Positions 47,027 to 56,598 of a stretch of 64,000 nt of DNA are shown one piece after another (within the stretch, counting starts at the first letter, position 1; each line of letters begins with the position of its first letter). Under the pieces are notes generated by a model, which saw only the letters and a program-made list of their open reading frames with translations, searched no databases and was not told the origin of the DNA. The DNA is from Prochlorococcus sp. AG-355-B18 (lineage in GTDB: Bacteria; Cyanobacteriota; Cyanobacteriia; PCC-6307; Cyanobiaceae): contig QCDI01000004.1 of the NCBI GenBank assembly GCA_003280965.1, forward strand, positions 68,178 through 132,177, read 5' to 3'. The translations under genes were made by a program, and so were the position numbers.

Positions 47027-47547
47027 TTGTAACAAGGGGTTTTAATATTTTTTTCTAGCGGATTAAAAAGAAATCTTTTAATTTGATTATCTTCGTAAAC
47101 CCAAAATACAGGTTTACTATTTCTTGCCTTAACTAAACTTATTTTGTCTAATTTTTGTGGGCTAAATTCTTTAGCTGAATCAAAGAATTTATCTCTTTTG
47201 GGTTGATTTAAAACAATACTACCTTCTTTGCTTGAGATTGATCTGTGATAAGTTCCAATAGGAATTTCTAATGCTCCCATAGATCTATTTAGATAAATCA
47301 CATGATGAGGTTCATCCCATGAAGGATTTATCAAAACAAATTTCCTTTCCCCTTTAATAACTAAATTGTGATCAATTTGATGATAATGAACATAATATTG
47401 CTCATTTTGAAGATCATCTGGAGGAGATATGGCTTCTCCAGAATGGATCACAACGTCAGAACTATTTGATTTATTTATACCTGCATCGAAAAATGTAACT
47501 TTTGGAGTCTGTCTAAATACAGTTATAGGGAAGAATCTTAATTCCAT
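47023..47547 (-). CDS. Cupin-like hypothetical protein
   Basis: AISPPDD, YYVHYHQIDHN and IPIGTYHRS motifs. Confidence 0.7.
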   Translation of the reverse strand: MELRFFPITVFRQTPKVTFFDAGINKSNSSDVVIHSGEAISPPDDLQNEQYYVHYHQIDHNLVIKGERKFVLINPSWDEPHHVIYLNRSMGALEIPIGTYHRSISSKEGSIVLNQPKRDKFFDSAKEFSPQKLDKISLVKARNSKPVFWVYEDNQIKRFLFNPLEKNIKTPCYK

Positions 47548-47632
47548 TGTTTACCCCCTTTTGAGCAAATTTACAAATAGGATTAGAGTTTATTTATTTA
47601 TTATTTTTTAAAAAACTATTAATATCCGGTTT

Positions 47633-47779
47633 TTAATTGCAACAAACTAAGCAATCTTTTTGATTTGGATAATCTCTGCATTCTTTTTTTAAAGTTTCTT
47701 CTAAAAAACCGATTTTCTTGAAATAATCAAGATCTTTTAATTCTTTTTTAGGAACTGTGAATTGTGTTTCTAGTTTCAT
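47633..47779 (-). CDS. Microprotein with CP12-like C-terminal Cys pair (48 aa)
   Basis: MKLETQFTV...ECRDYPNQKDCLVCCN; ATG at 47779 with a GGAG ribosome-binding site. Confidence 0.7.
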   Translation of the reverse strand: MKLETQFTVPKKELKDLDYFKKIGFLEETLKKECRDYPNQKDCLVCCN

Positions 47780-47981
47780 TTTTTTTCTCCTAATTAGTAC
47801 TGTTTTTTGAATCCATTCCAAGTTTGAGAAAACCTTAATCCCAGATAAGAAATTAAAATTGTCCAAAATAAAATCTCTATTCCTAAATTAGTCATTTGCT
47901 TTTCCTCCTTTCTATCTAAGTATTCTTTAGTACAGGTATTATGCAAAAATCAAGCGTAAGAATACCTAAAAAAATAAAGTG

Positions 47982-48134
47982 TTAATCACAAAAAATTTTG
48001 CAATGGTTGTTACTAGGATGTTCCGCGCATTCGTTATGCCAATAAGTTTCAAGTTCTTTGGGATTAATATCACATGAAAAGCTTTTATTATCCAAATTTA
48101 TCTCTTGGATAGTGAATGTGTCGTTTAGCGCCAT
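47982..48134 (-). CDS. Microprotein with CP12-like C-terminal Cys pair (50 aa)
   Basis: Read manually: MALNDTFTIQEINLDNKSFSCDINPKELETYWHNECAEHPSNNHCKIFCD; GAGG ribosome-binding site. Confidence 0.7.
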   Translation of the reverse strand: MALNDTFTIQEINLDNKSFSCDINPKELETYWHNECAEHPSNNHCKIFCD

Positions 48135-48370
48135 AAGACTTACCTCTTGACTACAACTATGTTTTAATTCATTTGAATAGTAAATTTCAAGTTATATGTG
48201 TGCGGTTATAGGAACAAAATTATACGGATTAAGGATCAAAAAAAACTCCCAAATTAAAAATCACTACAAGAAAAACATCTTTAAAAAATTTATTTTAAGT
48301 TTAAAAAAATTTGGATAAAACTTTCTTAGAAATTATCATCCTTAAACTTACTCAGATCAGCTATTATTCT

Positions 48371-48496
48371 TTATCCATCTAATTTATCTGCATATTCTCT
48401 TAAAATTTCAGCCATCTTTTGAGCTGGGATCTGTTGTTGATATTCTCTACATAAATCAAAAAATTTATTCAGGAAATCTTTCATTGAAGAGGACAT
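48371..48496 (-). CDS. Small hypothetical protein (41 aa)
   Basis: MSSSMKDFLNKFFDLCREYQQQIPAQKMAEILREYADKLDG. Confidence 0.6.
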   Translation of the reverse strand: MSSSMKDFLNKFFDLCREYQQQIPAQKMAEILREYADKLDG

Positions 48497-48501
48497 AGAA
48501 A

Positions 48502-48597
48502 TTAGCGTTTTATTTTAAAAGTAATGTATGCAAACCCACTAAGCAATAAAAGACTCATAACTCCATAAAAAATCGCTATTCCGTACATGTGCGTCAT
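48502..48597 (-). CDS. Single-transmembrane micropeptide (31 aa)
   Basis: MTHMYGIAIFYGVMSLLLLSGFAYITFKIKR; 5 bp from the next ORF. Confidence 0.55.
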   Translation of the reverse strand: MTHMYGIAIFYGVMSLLLLSGFAYITFKIKR

Positions 48598-48729
48598 TTA
48601 TTTATAAATATATAAGCAGAATATAAATAAACTAAGAAAACTCCAATAGCAAAAAACTCCAATAAATAAGAAAGTTCCAAATTTTATATAATTTAGGTTT
48701 TTTAAATTCTTGTTCTTCTTTTTTAGTAA

Positions 48730-48846
48730 TCATTTACTTGCTTTTTCATTTCTGGCAGCATTACCTTTTGCTCTTAATACCAAGGTTATTGTAAGGGCGG
48801 CGCTTAGTATCAGAGCATCAATTAATAAGTGTGGGGAGATATTCAT
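48730..48846 (-). CDS. Single-transmembrane micropeptide (38 aa)
   Basis: MNISPHLLIDALILSAALTITLVLRAKGNAARNEKASK. Confidence 0.5.
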   Translation of the reverse strand: MNISPHLLIDALILSAALTITLVLRAKGNAARNEKASK

Positions 48847-49223
48847 CAGCTTATAAGAGAAATAAGAAGAGTCATTATCTTTTCAGCAATAAATCTATTA
48901 GCCATAAAAAAGAGGGGTTTAACCCTCTAATTTTAGATCGACTGTCAATCAATGACTATTTTAGCTTATTAGCTTTTCTTATAAAAAGTATTTTATTTAG
49001 TTGGAGCAAGAGAAGGCACCTGAAAGAATATTTTTAAAAATTTGCGATTGTCCCAATGCGTACAAGAAGAAAGTCGATGATGTGATAGTAATTGCTATTT
49101 TAGAAACTCTATTAAATTTTAAATTTGATACTTTTGAGAATGCAGAATTCATTTATTTACTAATTTAATTTAATTCATAATAACTGCATAAATTAAAAAT
49201 TCAGCATCAAAATTTACCAAAGA

Positions 49224-49433
49224 TTAATTTTCTTGCTCCTTTTTCTGCCCTTGCATTTTTACTTTTTCAAATTCTTTTCTAGAAACTATTCGAATTTTGT
49301 ATTGAGGATATCTTGTTTTCCACCATTTATTTATAGAAATAGCTATTCCTCCTAAATCTTCAGCACAAATATTGACCCATAAAATTTTAGTTTGATCTTC
49401 TTTGTAGAATTCCCAACTAGTAGGTGAAGCCAT
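49224..49433 (-). CDS. Hypothetical protein
   Basis: ORF track; protein-like WW-containing sequence. Confidence 0.7.
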   Translation of the reverse strand: MASPTSWEFYKEDQTKILWVNICAEDLGGIAISINKWWKTRYPQYKIRIVSRKEFEKVKMQGQKKEQEN

Positions 49434-49627
49434 TAAAAATCTTTAGTGAAATTTTTAGGATCTTTGAAAAACAAGCCTATAAATTTTGGTATTGGGTTCG
49501 TTAGCTAAAACTATTTTTTATATGATTAGATTCACTTAAATATAGGGTTTTTATAAAGTGCTAATAAAGGCCTTAAATAAAAAGATTTTTTCATCACTTT
49601 TATTTTAAATTAAAAAAATATCTTAGG

Positions 49628-49650
49628 GAAGAAAGGGCCAAAATTGGCCC
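49628..49650 (-). terminator. GC-rich hairpin / intrinsic terminator
   Basis: GGGCCAA-TT-TTGGCCC followed by TTTCTT on the minus strand. Confidence 0.55.
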
Positions 49651-49740
49651 CTCTGGGTGAAACTATTCCAAAGAAACACCATTAGAACTTTACTCTGAAA
49701 AATGCATATATAAACAAATTAATATAATTAATATTAAAAA

Positions 49741-49950
49741 TTAAGCGGCCTTTTTAAAAGGATTTATGTTCTTAAAAAATTTATTACTTTTGTGGGCACT
49801 CATTTTTCTATATCTTTGATTTATCTCCAAAATATATTTCCTAGCTTTTTTATCGCTTTCAATTTTCTGTTTTCGAAGACGTAAAGCTCTTAATTCCTCA
49901 ATTGACATAAGGCTATTGTCTTGGTTGGAATTAAAAAGATCAAATTGCAT
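49741..49950 (-). CDS. Basic hypothetical protein
   Basis: ORF track. Confidence 0.55.
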   Translation of the reverse strand: MQFDLFNSNQDNSLMSIEELRALRLRKQKIESDKKARKYILEINQRYRKMSAHKSNKFFKNINPFKKAA

Positions 49951-50109
49951 CAGTTTAAGAAATTAACTTTCTTCTTTAAATGCCACAGTAACAATCTCAT
50001 GGTTATTTGCAATAGAGATAATTAACCAATTTCATTTAAATAACATACTTGATTTTCAATAAGTTATGTTTCCAAAAATTAAAAGGTTTCGAATGAATAA
50101 CTTTTAAAA

Positions 50110-50190
50110 TTAGTAAAAATTTTTAATTGAATTAGATGGAACTTCCTCTGGCACCAATGATTCGCCGTAATGTATTTCCGCTGATAACAT
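50110..50190 (-). CDS. Micropeptide (26 aa)
   Basis: MLSAEIHYGESLVPEEVPSNSIKNFY; locally raised GC. Confidence 0.4.
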   Translation of the reverse strand: MLSAEIHYGESLVPEEVPSNSIKNFY

Positions 50191-50751
50191 TAGTAACCAG
50201 TAAAAAAAGTTAACTAAAGCTTTCTCCACGAGGATTTAGTAACTAATCTAAAAAACCTCATAAATTTTGTAAAAGCAATATACAAAATAAATATATCAAG
50301 CAATCAAGATATTTATATAAAAAAGCATAGATCCAAAATAACTTGGAAAGTTTTGCACCTTCAAGCTTTAGGCAGCGGACTAAATCCTCGTGGAGTATTG
50401 GACTTTAGCCCGCTCTCTCTTTTTAGCAAAGGAAAAATTGCACTGCAAGGTAGATCTAAATCTTAAACTTCTATCGTTGTATCCGAATAAATTATTTTAG
50501 TTAATAAGAACTAGGCTAATTAAGCATAAATTAGTGTTATTTATCTTATATATTTGCTATACGGCTTAAGTCATGCCAGTTGATTCAGTATTTTTGCTCA
50601 TTGATATATTGATTCTAAGAATAATATTATTATCAATACCAAAGAAGGTACACTTTTTGAAAAAAATAATTAAATTTCTTAAATCAATTAAGAGAAGAAT
50701 TGATATCCTCAGCGCAGAGACTCAATTAAAATTTATACTAGAAAATTAATA

Positions 50752-50898
50752 ATGGTGTTTCCACATTGTCCTATTTGTGTCGTCCTAGCATTAGTTTCCT
50801 TTTGTATAGGAGTGACTCGCAGTTATATGTTTTTTATTCTTTCAAGGGAGTTAATAAGTGAAAAATCCAAGTTTAAATTTCAGTTTAGTTTCAATTAA
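50752..50898 (+). CDS. Small membrane protein with HCPIC motif (48 aa)
   Basis: MVFPHCPICVVLALVSFCIGVTRSYMFFILSRELISEKSKFKFQFSFN. Confidence 0.55.
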   Translation: MVFPHCPICVVLALVSFCIGVTRSYMFFILSRELISEKSKFKFQFSFN

Positions 50899-50901
50899 GG
50901 G

Positions 50902-50950
50902 TTGACATCTAAGTATAAATACTTTATAAATAAAATGTAGTCAATACTAC
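50902..50950 (+). promoter_or_regulatory. Sigma70-type promoter with a perfect NtcA site over the likely transcription start
   Basis: TTGACA (50902)-N17-TATAAA (50925); GTA-GTCAATAC-TAC at 50937-50950. Confidence 0.6.
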
Positions 50951-50953
50951 AAA

Positions 50954-51018
50954 ATCGTCCGATCTACCATCTGATAGACCGCAGTACGACTCAAGCCATA
51001 GGACGGGGACTTGAGCAA
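50954..51018 (+). ncRNA. Downstream-peptide motif / class II glutamine riboswitch
   Basis: CGTCC...GGACG P1 stem, TCTA/TAGA inner stem, CGCAGTACGAC core and CTCAAG/CTTGAG pseudoknot; precedes an LTYRG peptide. Confidence 0.8.
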
Positions 51019-51034
51019 TCTCAGGAGCTGCATC

Positions 51035-51136
51035 ATGGTAAACATGTATTTCAATGGGAAGTCATTCGTATATTGTAGAAAACAAGAAGAAAAAGCAATA
51101 AAGCTTACCTACAGGGGATCTAGTTACTTAAAATAA
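51035..51136 (+). CDS. DUF4278-like peptide (33 aa)
   Basis: MVNMYFNGKSFVYCRKQEEKAIKLTYRGSSYLK; AGGAG ribosome-binding site. Confidence 0.75.
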   Translation: MVNMYFNGKSFVYCRKQEEKAIKLTYRGSSYLK

Positions 51137-51912
51137 GTTTTCTAATTTCTTTTTTAAATATCTAAAAAAATTTATTTAAGGAGTTCTATAAAATTTGATA
51201 AATTCTCCTTTTGCCATACAAGAAAAGAGAATTAACTCAATAGGTAAAAAAAGGAATATTATTTATGAGTAATTTTGGAGGATAGATAGAGATAATCAGA
51301 GCACTCTTAATAAATTTATCTAGTAAGTTTTTTAACAATAGTGGGTTTAAAAGTTTGCATAATAAAATCTTTGCTGTTAATTAAATTAGAGATTGTTATT
51401 ACTAATACCATTAGAAGTTTTTAATAAATATGTGCTTTTTTCTTATTACTTGTCAAATTATTTAAAAAAAAAATTGGTTATTTATTGAATTTTTTGCATA
51501 GTATTTATTGATACTTTATAAGAAAAACTTATTATGAAGATATTTTTTGCATATCTAAAAAATCATTTATTCGTATATTTCGTAACGAGAAATTAATTTA
51601 GAAATAACTAATTTGTAATCAGATTTTTAAAAGGTCATGCAACCTATTTCTGAAGAGCTTTACAAAAAAATAGTTGAGACTTCTAAAAAATGAGTAAGTT
51701 ATTAATTGCTTTATTAGCTTTAGATATAGGTTTTAGTCTTTCTAAAGTTTATATTTTTACTTGAAAATCAAATTAATTAGAAAAAAGAATTAATTTTTTT
51801 CAAAAAAAGATATAAGGTATTTTTTAGGAAACCTATTTTATAAAATAAATAATTAAACCAACAAAAGAACTACCTACAAGTAGTAGGACCATTAAAAGGG
51901 CTATTAACTTTG

Positions 51913-52299
51913 CTAATCCCATAAAGATAAATCGGAATTTCCTGTAGATCTTTGCATCCAGTGGATTTTCCAAACATTATTTACTTTTTTGAAAATAGAT
52001 GTAACTGTTGGTAAGTCATCATTAGGGGTACCTTTATAAGTAAATTTTGAACCTAGTGTAAAAATGCACATTATTATATTTTCACTTAAAACTTCTAATC
52101 GGTGAATTTTGGTTATTTCTGCCTTTTCTTGAACTATATCAGCAGAAATCATTTGTTCAAACCCTTTTGCATCTATAGGATTACCACTAGGTCTTATGAA
52201 TAAAAAATCTGTAGTGGCATTATTAAGAAAAAAAGAAGCCATTTTTTTGGGATTGGCAAACTCATTTAATAATGAAATTATAGTTTCTTGATCATTCAT
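51913..52299 (-). CDS. DUF3804-like (NTF2-fold) protein
   Basis: FLFIRPSGNPI, YKGTPNDD and WMQRSTG motifs. Confidence 0.8.
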   Translation of the reverse strand: MNDQETIISLLNEFANPKKMASFFLNNATTDFLFIRPSGNPIDAKGFEQMISADIVQEKAEITKIHRLEVLSENIIMCIFTLGSKFTYKGTPNDDLPTVTSIFKKVNNVWKIHWMQRSTGNSDLSLWD

Positions 52300-52580
52300 A
52301 AAAAAGTAAGAGAGGTGTTCCCTTTAGTTTAGATGTACTTTCAAATATACAAATCGTTAATGTGATAATTTTAAGATAAATTCGTTAGTATATCAAAATA
52401 CTATTTATGAAAGCAAACTATGGTGAATTCATTAAACAAACTATTACCTGTTGGCAAAAAGGTCAAGAAATATTTGCCTTTTTTTATTGGATTTAAATTA
52501 CTTACATTTACTGGTTTTCTTACTTACATAATGAATCGTTAATTTATATTACCGTCAAAATATATTTGAATTAATATCTA

Positions 52581-52772
52581 ATGAAAAAAGAAGAACGTAT
52601 AAAAAGATTCAAGTCTATGTCTAGTATGCAAAGACAGGAATTGATATTAAAGAAGATGAAAGAGAGAGGCATAGAAGTTGGGAGCGGGATTCCAAATAAA
52701 AAATATGATAATAGAGAGGTTTATGAATTAATTCAAATTTCTAAATGCTTCCCAGAATTAAGAGAAAAATAA
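52581..52772 (+). CDS. Hypothetical protein
   Basis: ORF track. Confidence 0.6.
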   Translation: MKKEERIKRFKSMSSMQRQELILKKMKERGIEVGSGIPNKKYDNREVYELIQISKCFPELREK

Positions 52773-52872
52773 ATAAAAGTTATTGGTTTGAATTTTAATG
52801 AACATTTATTTGCTTATTTTTTTCTTAGGTTCTTTTGATTATATGCAATAATAATTTCAACTTAAATTAAAA

Positions 52873-53349
52873 ATGTTTAAAAAATTACTTTTAATATTTT
52901 TTTTACTTTTTAGTTCATTTATAACTATTTATCCTTCCACAAAAGAAAATACCAAATTGTTTAACTATTGTTATAGTCTTGAGAAGATATTTTCTAGAAA
53001 TTTAGTAGTAAAAAGTAAAAATATATCAAGGAAAGTTAAAACTTATGCAAAAGATATTATTTTAATTGGTTCGAGCAAAACTAAGGGAGCTTTGGTGAAT
53101 AAGATAATTGATCAATATAAAAATTCTAAGAAATCCTTAATTATAAGTTTTGTCCCTAATCGAGTTTATTGTTTAACAGGATATTGGATTGAGTATGTAA
53201 ATCCAGGAACATTTACATTATTGTTTTATGAGAAAACTAAAAGAGGTATTAATAAATATAAGGACACTAAACAAGAAGTCGATAAATTTATCAGAGATAT
53301 TAATTCAGAATATAAATCCATAAGAAAAGAAATAAAGGATTTATTTTAA
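52873..53349 (+). CDS. Putative exported hypothetical protein
   Basis: N-terminal hydrophobic signal; YC...YCLTGYWIE. Confidence 0.65.
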   Translation: MFKKLLLIFFLLFSSFITIYPSTKENTKLFNYCYSLEKIFSRNLVVKSKNISRKVKTYAKDIILIGSSKTKGALVNKIIDQYKNSKKSLIISFVPNRVYCLTGYWIEYVNPGTFTLLFYEKTKRGINKYKDTKQEVDKFIRDINSEYKSIRKEIKDLF

Positions 53350-53402
53350 ATAAATTATGTTCTAGAGTAAAAAAGTTTTTTATTAAATATGTTTTGCCTT
53401 GT

Positions 53403-53819
53403 CTATATTATGAAAATAAAAATAATAAGAAATCCAAAAACTAATAAAAAACTAACAATAGATAATAAATAAACTAATTTTTTTGTGATGTTAAATTTAA
53501 GTTTGCTTTTGGTAAATTTTTTAAAGAGCCTAAATTTCCTACTAGATAATGGGTAATAGCTTTCTGAAATGTTCTCAAGATAATTAGTATTATTAACTAG
53601 ATAATTATTGGTAATAAGTTCTTTTTTATTAGCTTTTTTATCTAATTGCATATTATTTTCAGAAGCACCAATTTTATGATTTGATAATTCATAAAAAAAT
53701 TCATGTAAATTTTCAGTATTTTTTAATTTTTTATTTTTAACGTCAAATTTTGTTTTTTCTAAATTATCATCAAACCATTCGTCATAGATTATAAAGTTGG
53801 GTTCGGCAAAATAAGACAA
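53403..53819 (-). CDS. Hypothetical protein with C-terminal transmembrane anchor
   Basis: Paralog of 44717-44893 with an added hydrophobic tail. Confidence 0.65.
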   Translation of the reverse strand: MSYFAEPNFIIYDEWFDDNLEKTKFDVKNKKLKNTENLHEFFYELSNHKIGASENNMQLDKKANKKELITNNYLVNNTNYLENISESYYPLSSRKFRLFKKFTKSKLKFNITKKLVYLLSIVSFLLVFGFLIIFIFII

Positions 53820-54337
53820 AATTTTATTTCAAAGTAAGTACAATAAAACCATAAATTAAAAAAAAAAAGATACTTATTTTTGTTGATAAATTTCATAAAT
53901 TATGTTTATAAATCATCATAAATTGTCAATACCATATTAAATTAATTCATCCAGTATTAATGACTTGTTATATGGTATCAGCTAAAAAATCTTAAGATTA
54001 TATTCAAGTAATTTGAAATTTTTTAAAGAAATTATGTTTAATTTAATAGTCTAATTAAATAATATTCGCGAATAAGTTTTTATCATGCCATCATTAATGG
54101 GCACTCCTCGTCTCTGATGCAAAGCAGTGGTCTTGTTGAGTGCAAATATTTTCAAATTATTTAAAATTATCTAATATTAGATGAGAAAATTTAATATATT
54201 TTTGAAAAATATCTTTAAATAATTTTTGTTTAAGCATTCAAAAAGATTTTGATTATACATTCAAATTAGAACTTAAAAAAGAAATCCACAGAATTTATTA
54301 AAACATTCCTAATATTGATTTTGTTAGTTATTAAATT

Positions 54338-54481
54338 ATGAACATCTATTTATTTTGGATATTATTTTTATCTTTATGGGCGATAGTTCCTTTAATGATT
54401 ATTAAAGGTAGGGTAGATGAAACTCCAAAAATTAAGACGGCCCCTGAAGTAAAACCGCAGAAAAAAGGTTGGTTTAAATAA
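54338..54481 (+). CDS. Single-transmembrane small protein (47 aa)
   Basis: MNIYLFWILFLSLWAIVPLMIIKGRVDETPKIKTAPEVKPQKKGWFK. Confidence 0.6.
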   Translation: MNIYLFWILFLSLWAIVPLMIIKGRVDETPKIKTAPEVKPQKKGWFK

Positions 54482-54551
54482 AATTTATAATTTTTTTAAA
54501 ATCAATAATATAAATCTTTAGGCTTTAAACACTAAAATTTCATTTTTTATA

Positions 54552-55136
54552 TTGAAAACATTTGAAAGATATTATCTATTTTTGGTCGTTCTTGGAGGAA
54601 GAGCTGATAAAGCTAATGTTGAGTTACATGATGTTAGGTGGGTTGTGGGCTCACAAATAGAGGATACATTTAATGACTTAAGGAATAATTGGTTTGGTTC
54701 AATTGATGGTTTACATATCGATAGCTTTAAAAAAATAGAATATATAGATGGTTATAAGATAAATTTAAAAATTCTTGATAAAAATAAAATAAAAAATAAG
54801 CAATCACCTAATCAAATTAATTCTCAACAAAATCTATGGTTTGTCAATATTGGAGGTTATGATCCAACTTCAATGCAAGAAAAACATGAATTTTGTTTAG
54901 TTGTCGCTTCAAGTTCCCTAGAGGCAAAGAATAAGGCTATATCCAAATGGCTTAGTGGTTGCAGAAAAAAGCATAAAGATGATATCGCATCTCTAAACAC
55001 GTTAATTAGTTGTGATGATTGTCAACTTATTAAAAATATAGGTAGTTGGGAAATAGAATTAATTTTAAAAAATAATTTACCTGAAGAAACTAATTTTCCT
55101 GATTGGTATGGTTATAAAAGAATAGATAAGGTTTAA
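54552..55136 (+). CDS. DUF1543-family protein
   Basis: LFLVVLGG...ELHDVRWVVG, GLHIDS and LWFVNIGGY...EKHEF motifs. Confidence 0.8.
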   Translation: MKTFERYYLFLVVLGGRADKANVELHDVRWVVGSQIEDTFNDLRNNWFGSIDGLHIDSFKKIEYIDGYKINLKILDKNKIKNKQSPNQINSQQNLWFVNIGGYDPTSMQEKHEFCLVVASSSLEAKNKAISKWLSGCRKKHKDDIASLNTLISCDDCQLIKNIGSWEIELILKNNLPEETNFPDWYGYKRIDKV

Positions 55137-55202
55137 AAAAATTTAAATCAATTTTTTTATAAAAAATTATTATATTTGTAGCCTTTTTATAAATATAAAA
55201 GA

Positions 55203-56408
55203 TTACAGAGAACTTGATTTTCTCAAAAAATAAATTCCGCCTCCCAATGATATGAATACAGGTAACCAAGCAGCAAAAATTGGAGGCAATAAACCTTTTA
55301 CTCCAAATGAACTGAACAGAAATGACATAACATAATAGATTAAGATTAGTATCACGCTTAATCCAAATCCCTGACTTTTAGAAGATCTTAAATTAGATTT
55401 TGATCCCAAACTACTCCCTATTAAACCGAATACTAAGCATGCAAAAGGTAGGGTGAATTTTTCTTGAATACGAACTTGAATTCTTCTTATCTCTTTTAGG
55501 TTCCCAGTTTTTTTATATATTTTTTCTGCTTCTAAAGCCTGCTTCAGAGTCATCTCTGTGGAATCTTTAGGAACTTTTGCTAACTCCAATGGCCCCTCTA
55601 CGAAGGGATATGTGTATTCTTTAAATTTAATATTCGTAGTTTGCCCGGTTGGATCAATAGATATAATACTACCTTCAGAAAATATCCAAGAAGAGTTCTT
55701 TTTATCAAATATTGCATTATTTGCTTTCAAGACTTGTTGAAAATCTTCTCTAGAAAAATCTAATACTGTAACATCATTCATGATTTGGTTTTCATATTTT
55801 GAAGCATAAAATATATGAGTAAGAAAAGTATTTCTTTTTGTTGGTTTTTTGGTTGAAGCATTTATCCTAGAACCATATCTAGAAAACATAATATTAAATT
55901 TCCCTGTTTCGCTGCTGAAAGAACTTCCTATGCCTGCTCTTAAAGTTGTTTCAGCCAATTTATTACTTGTGGGGACCAAATTATCATTAAAATAAAAAGT
56001 CAAACCAGTCATAAATATTGAAAGTGCAATGGCTGGAGAAATAATTCTTGAAGTTTTGATACCTAATGATTTAAGTGCTAACAATTCTGAATTACTTGAT
56101 AATTTTCCATAAGCTAATAATGTAGAGAGCAAAACTGCCATAGGGAATGATAAAACTAAAAATCTGGGCAAACTAAAAAAAAGAACTTTTAAGGCTAAAA
56201 AAAGAGGTAAACCATATTCAACAATTTTTCTTATAAGATCGAACATTACGCCAACAGATAAGGAAATAACTGTAAAAGCAGAAATGGCAAATACCATAGG
56301 GGGTATCATTTGTCCTAATAACCATCTATCTATTAAAGGTATTGAATACCATTGAGTAATTACTTTATTAATGGTTTTTTTAATAAGTGCTTGATTTGAA
56401 ATTTTCAA
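55203..56408 (-). CDS. LptF/LptG (YjgP/YjgQ) permease
   Basis: IDRWLL, PMAVLLSTLL...SELLAL, EKFTLPFAC and AAWLP motifs. Confidence 0.9.
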   Translation of the reverse strand: MKISNQALIKKTINKVITQWYSIPLIDRWLLGQMIPPMVFAISAFTVISLSVGVMFDLIRKIVEYGLPLFLALKVLFFSLPRFLVLSFPMAVLLSTLLAYGKLSSNSELLALKSLGIKTSRIISPAIALSIFMTGLTFYFNDNLVPTSNKLAETTLRAGIGSSFSSETGKFNIMFSRYGSRINASTKKPTKRNTFLTHIFYASKYENQIMNDVTVLDFSREDFQQVLKANNAIFDKKNSSWIFSEGSIISIDPTGQTTNIKFKEYTYPFVEGPLELAKVPKDSTEMTLKQALEAEKIYKKTGNLKEIRRIQVRIQEKFTLPFACLVFGLIGSSLGSKSNLRSSKSQGFGLSVILILIYYVMSFLFSSFGVKGLLPPIFAAWLPVFISLGGGIYFLRKSSSL

Positions 56409-56598
56409 AAGGAATTTATTTGATTTTTATACTGTCGTTTCTTGCATTATAAATTATCAATGATTTGTAGACCAATATAAAATTATTAGTTAAGAGATAC
56501 CACCTTATAATCTTTACTTTTCCTAGTAATAAAAAAATAATTTACTTACCCTTGCATTAAGACAAAGAATTTGTTTATTTAAAAAAAAGAGGAAATTA

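Noticed and set aside
48730..48905. Apparent frameshifted pseudogene
   Set aside because: Re-reading gives an intact 38-aa ORF from ATG 48846; no frameshift is needed.
48831..49037. 68-aa plus-strand ORF (also 45239-45448 minus and 59118-59364 minus)
   Set aside because: No protein-like features, and each overlaps a better-supported opposite-strand gene.
50657..50749. 30-aa TTG-start ORF just upstream of the HCPIC peptide
   Set aside because: Too short and AT-rich to support without conservation data.
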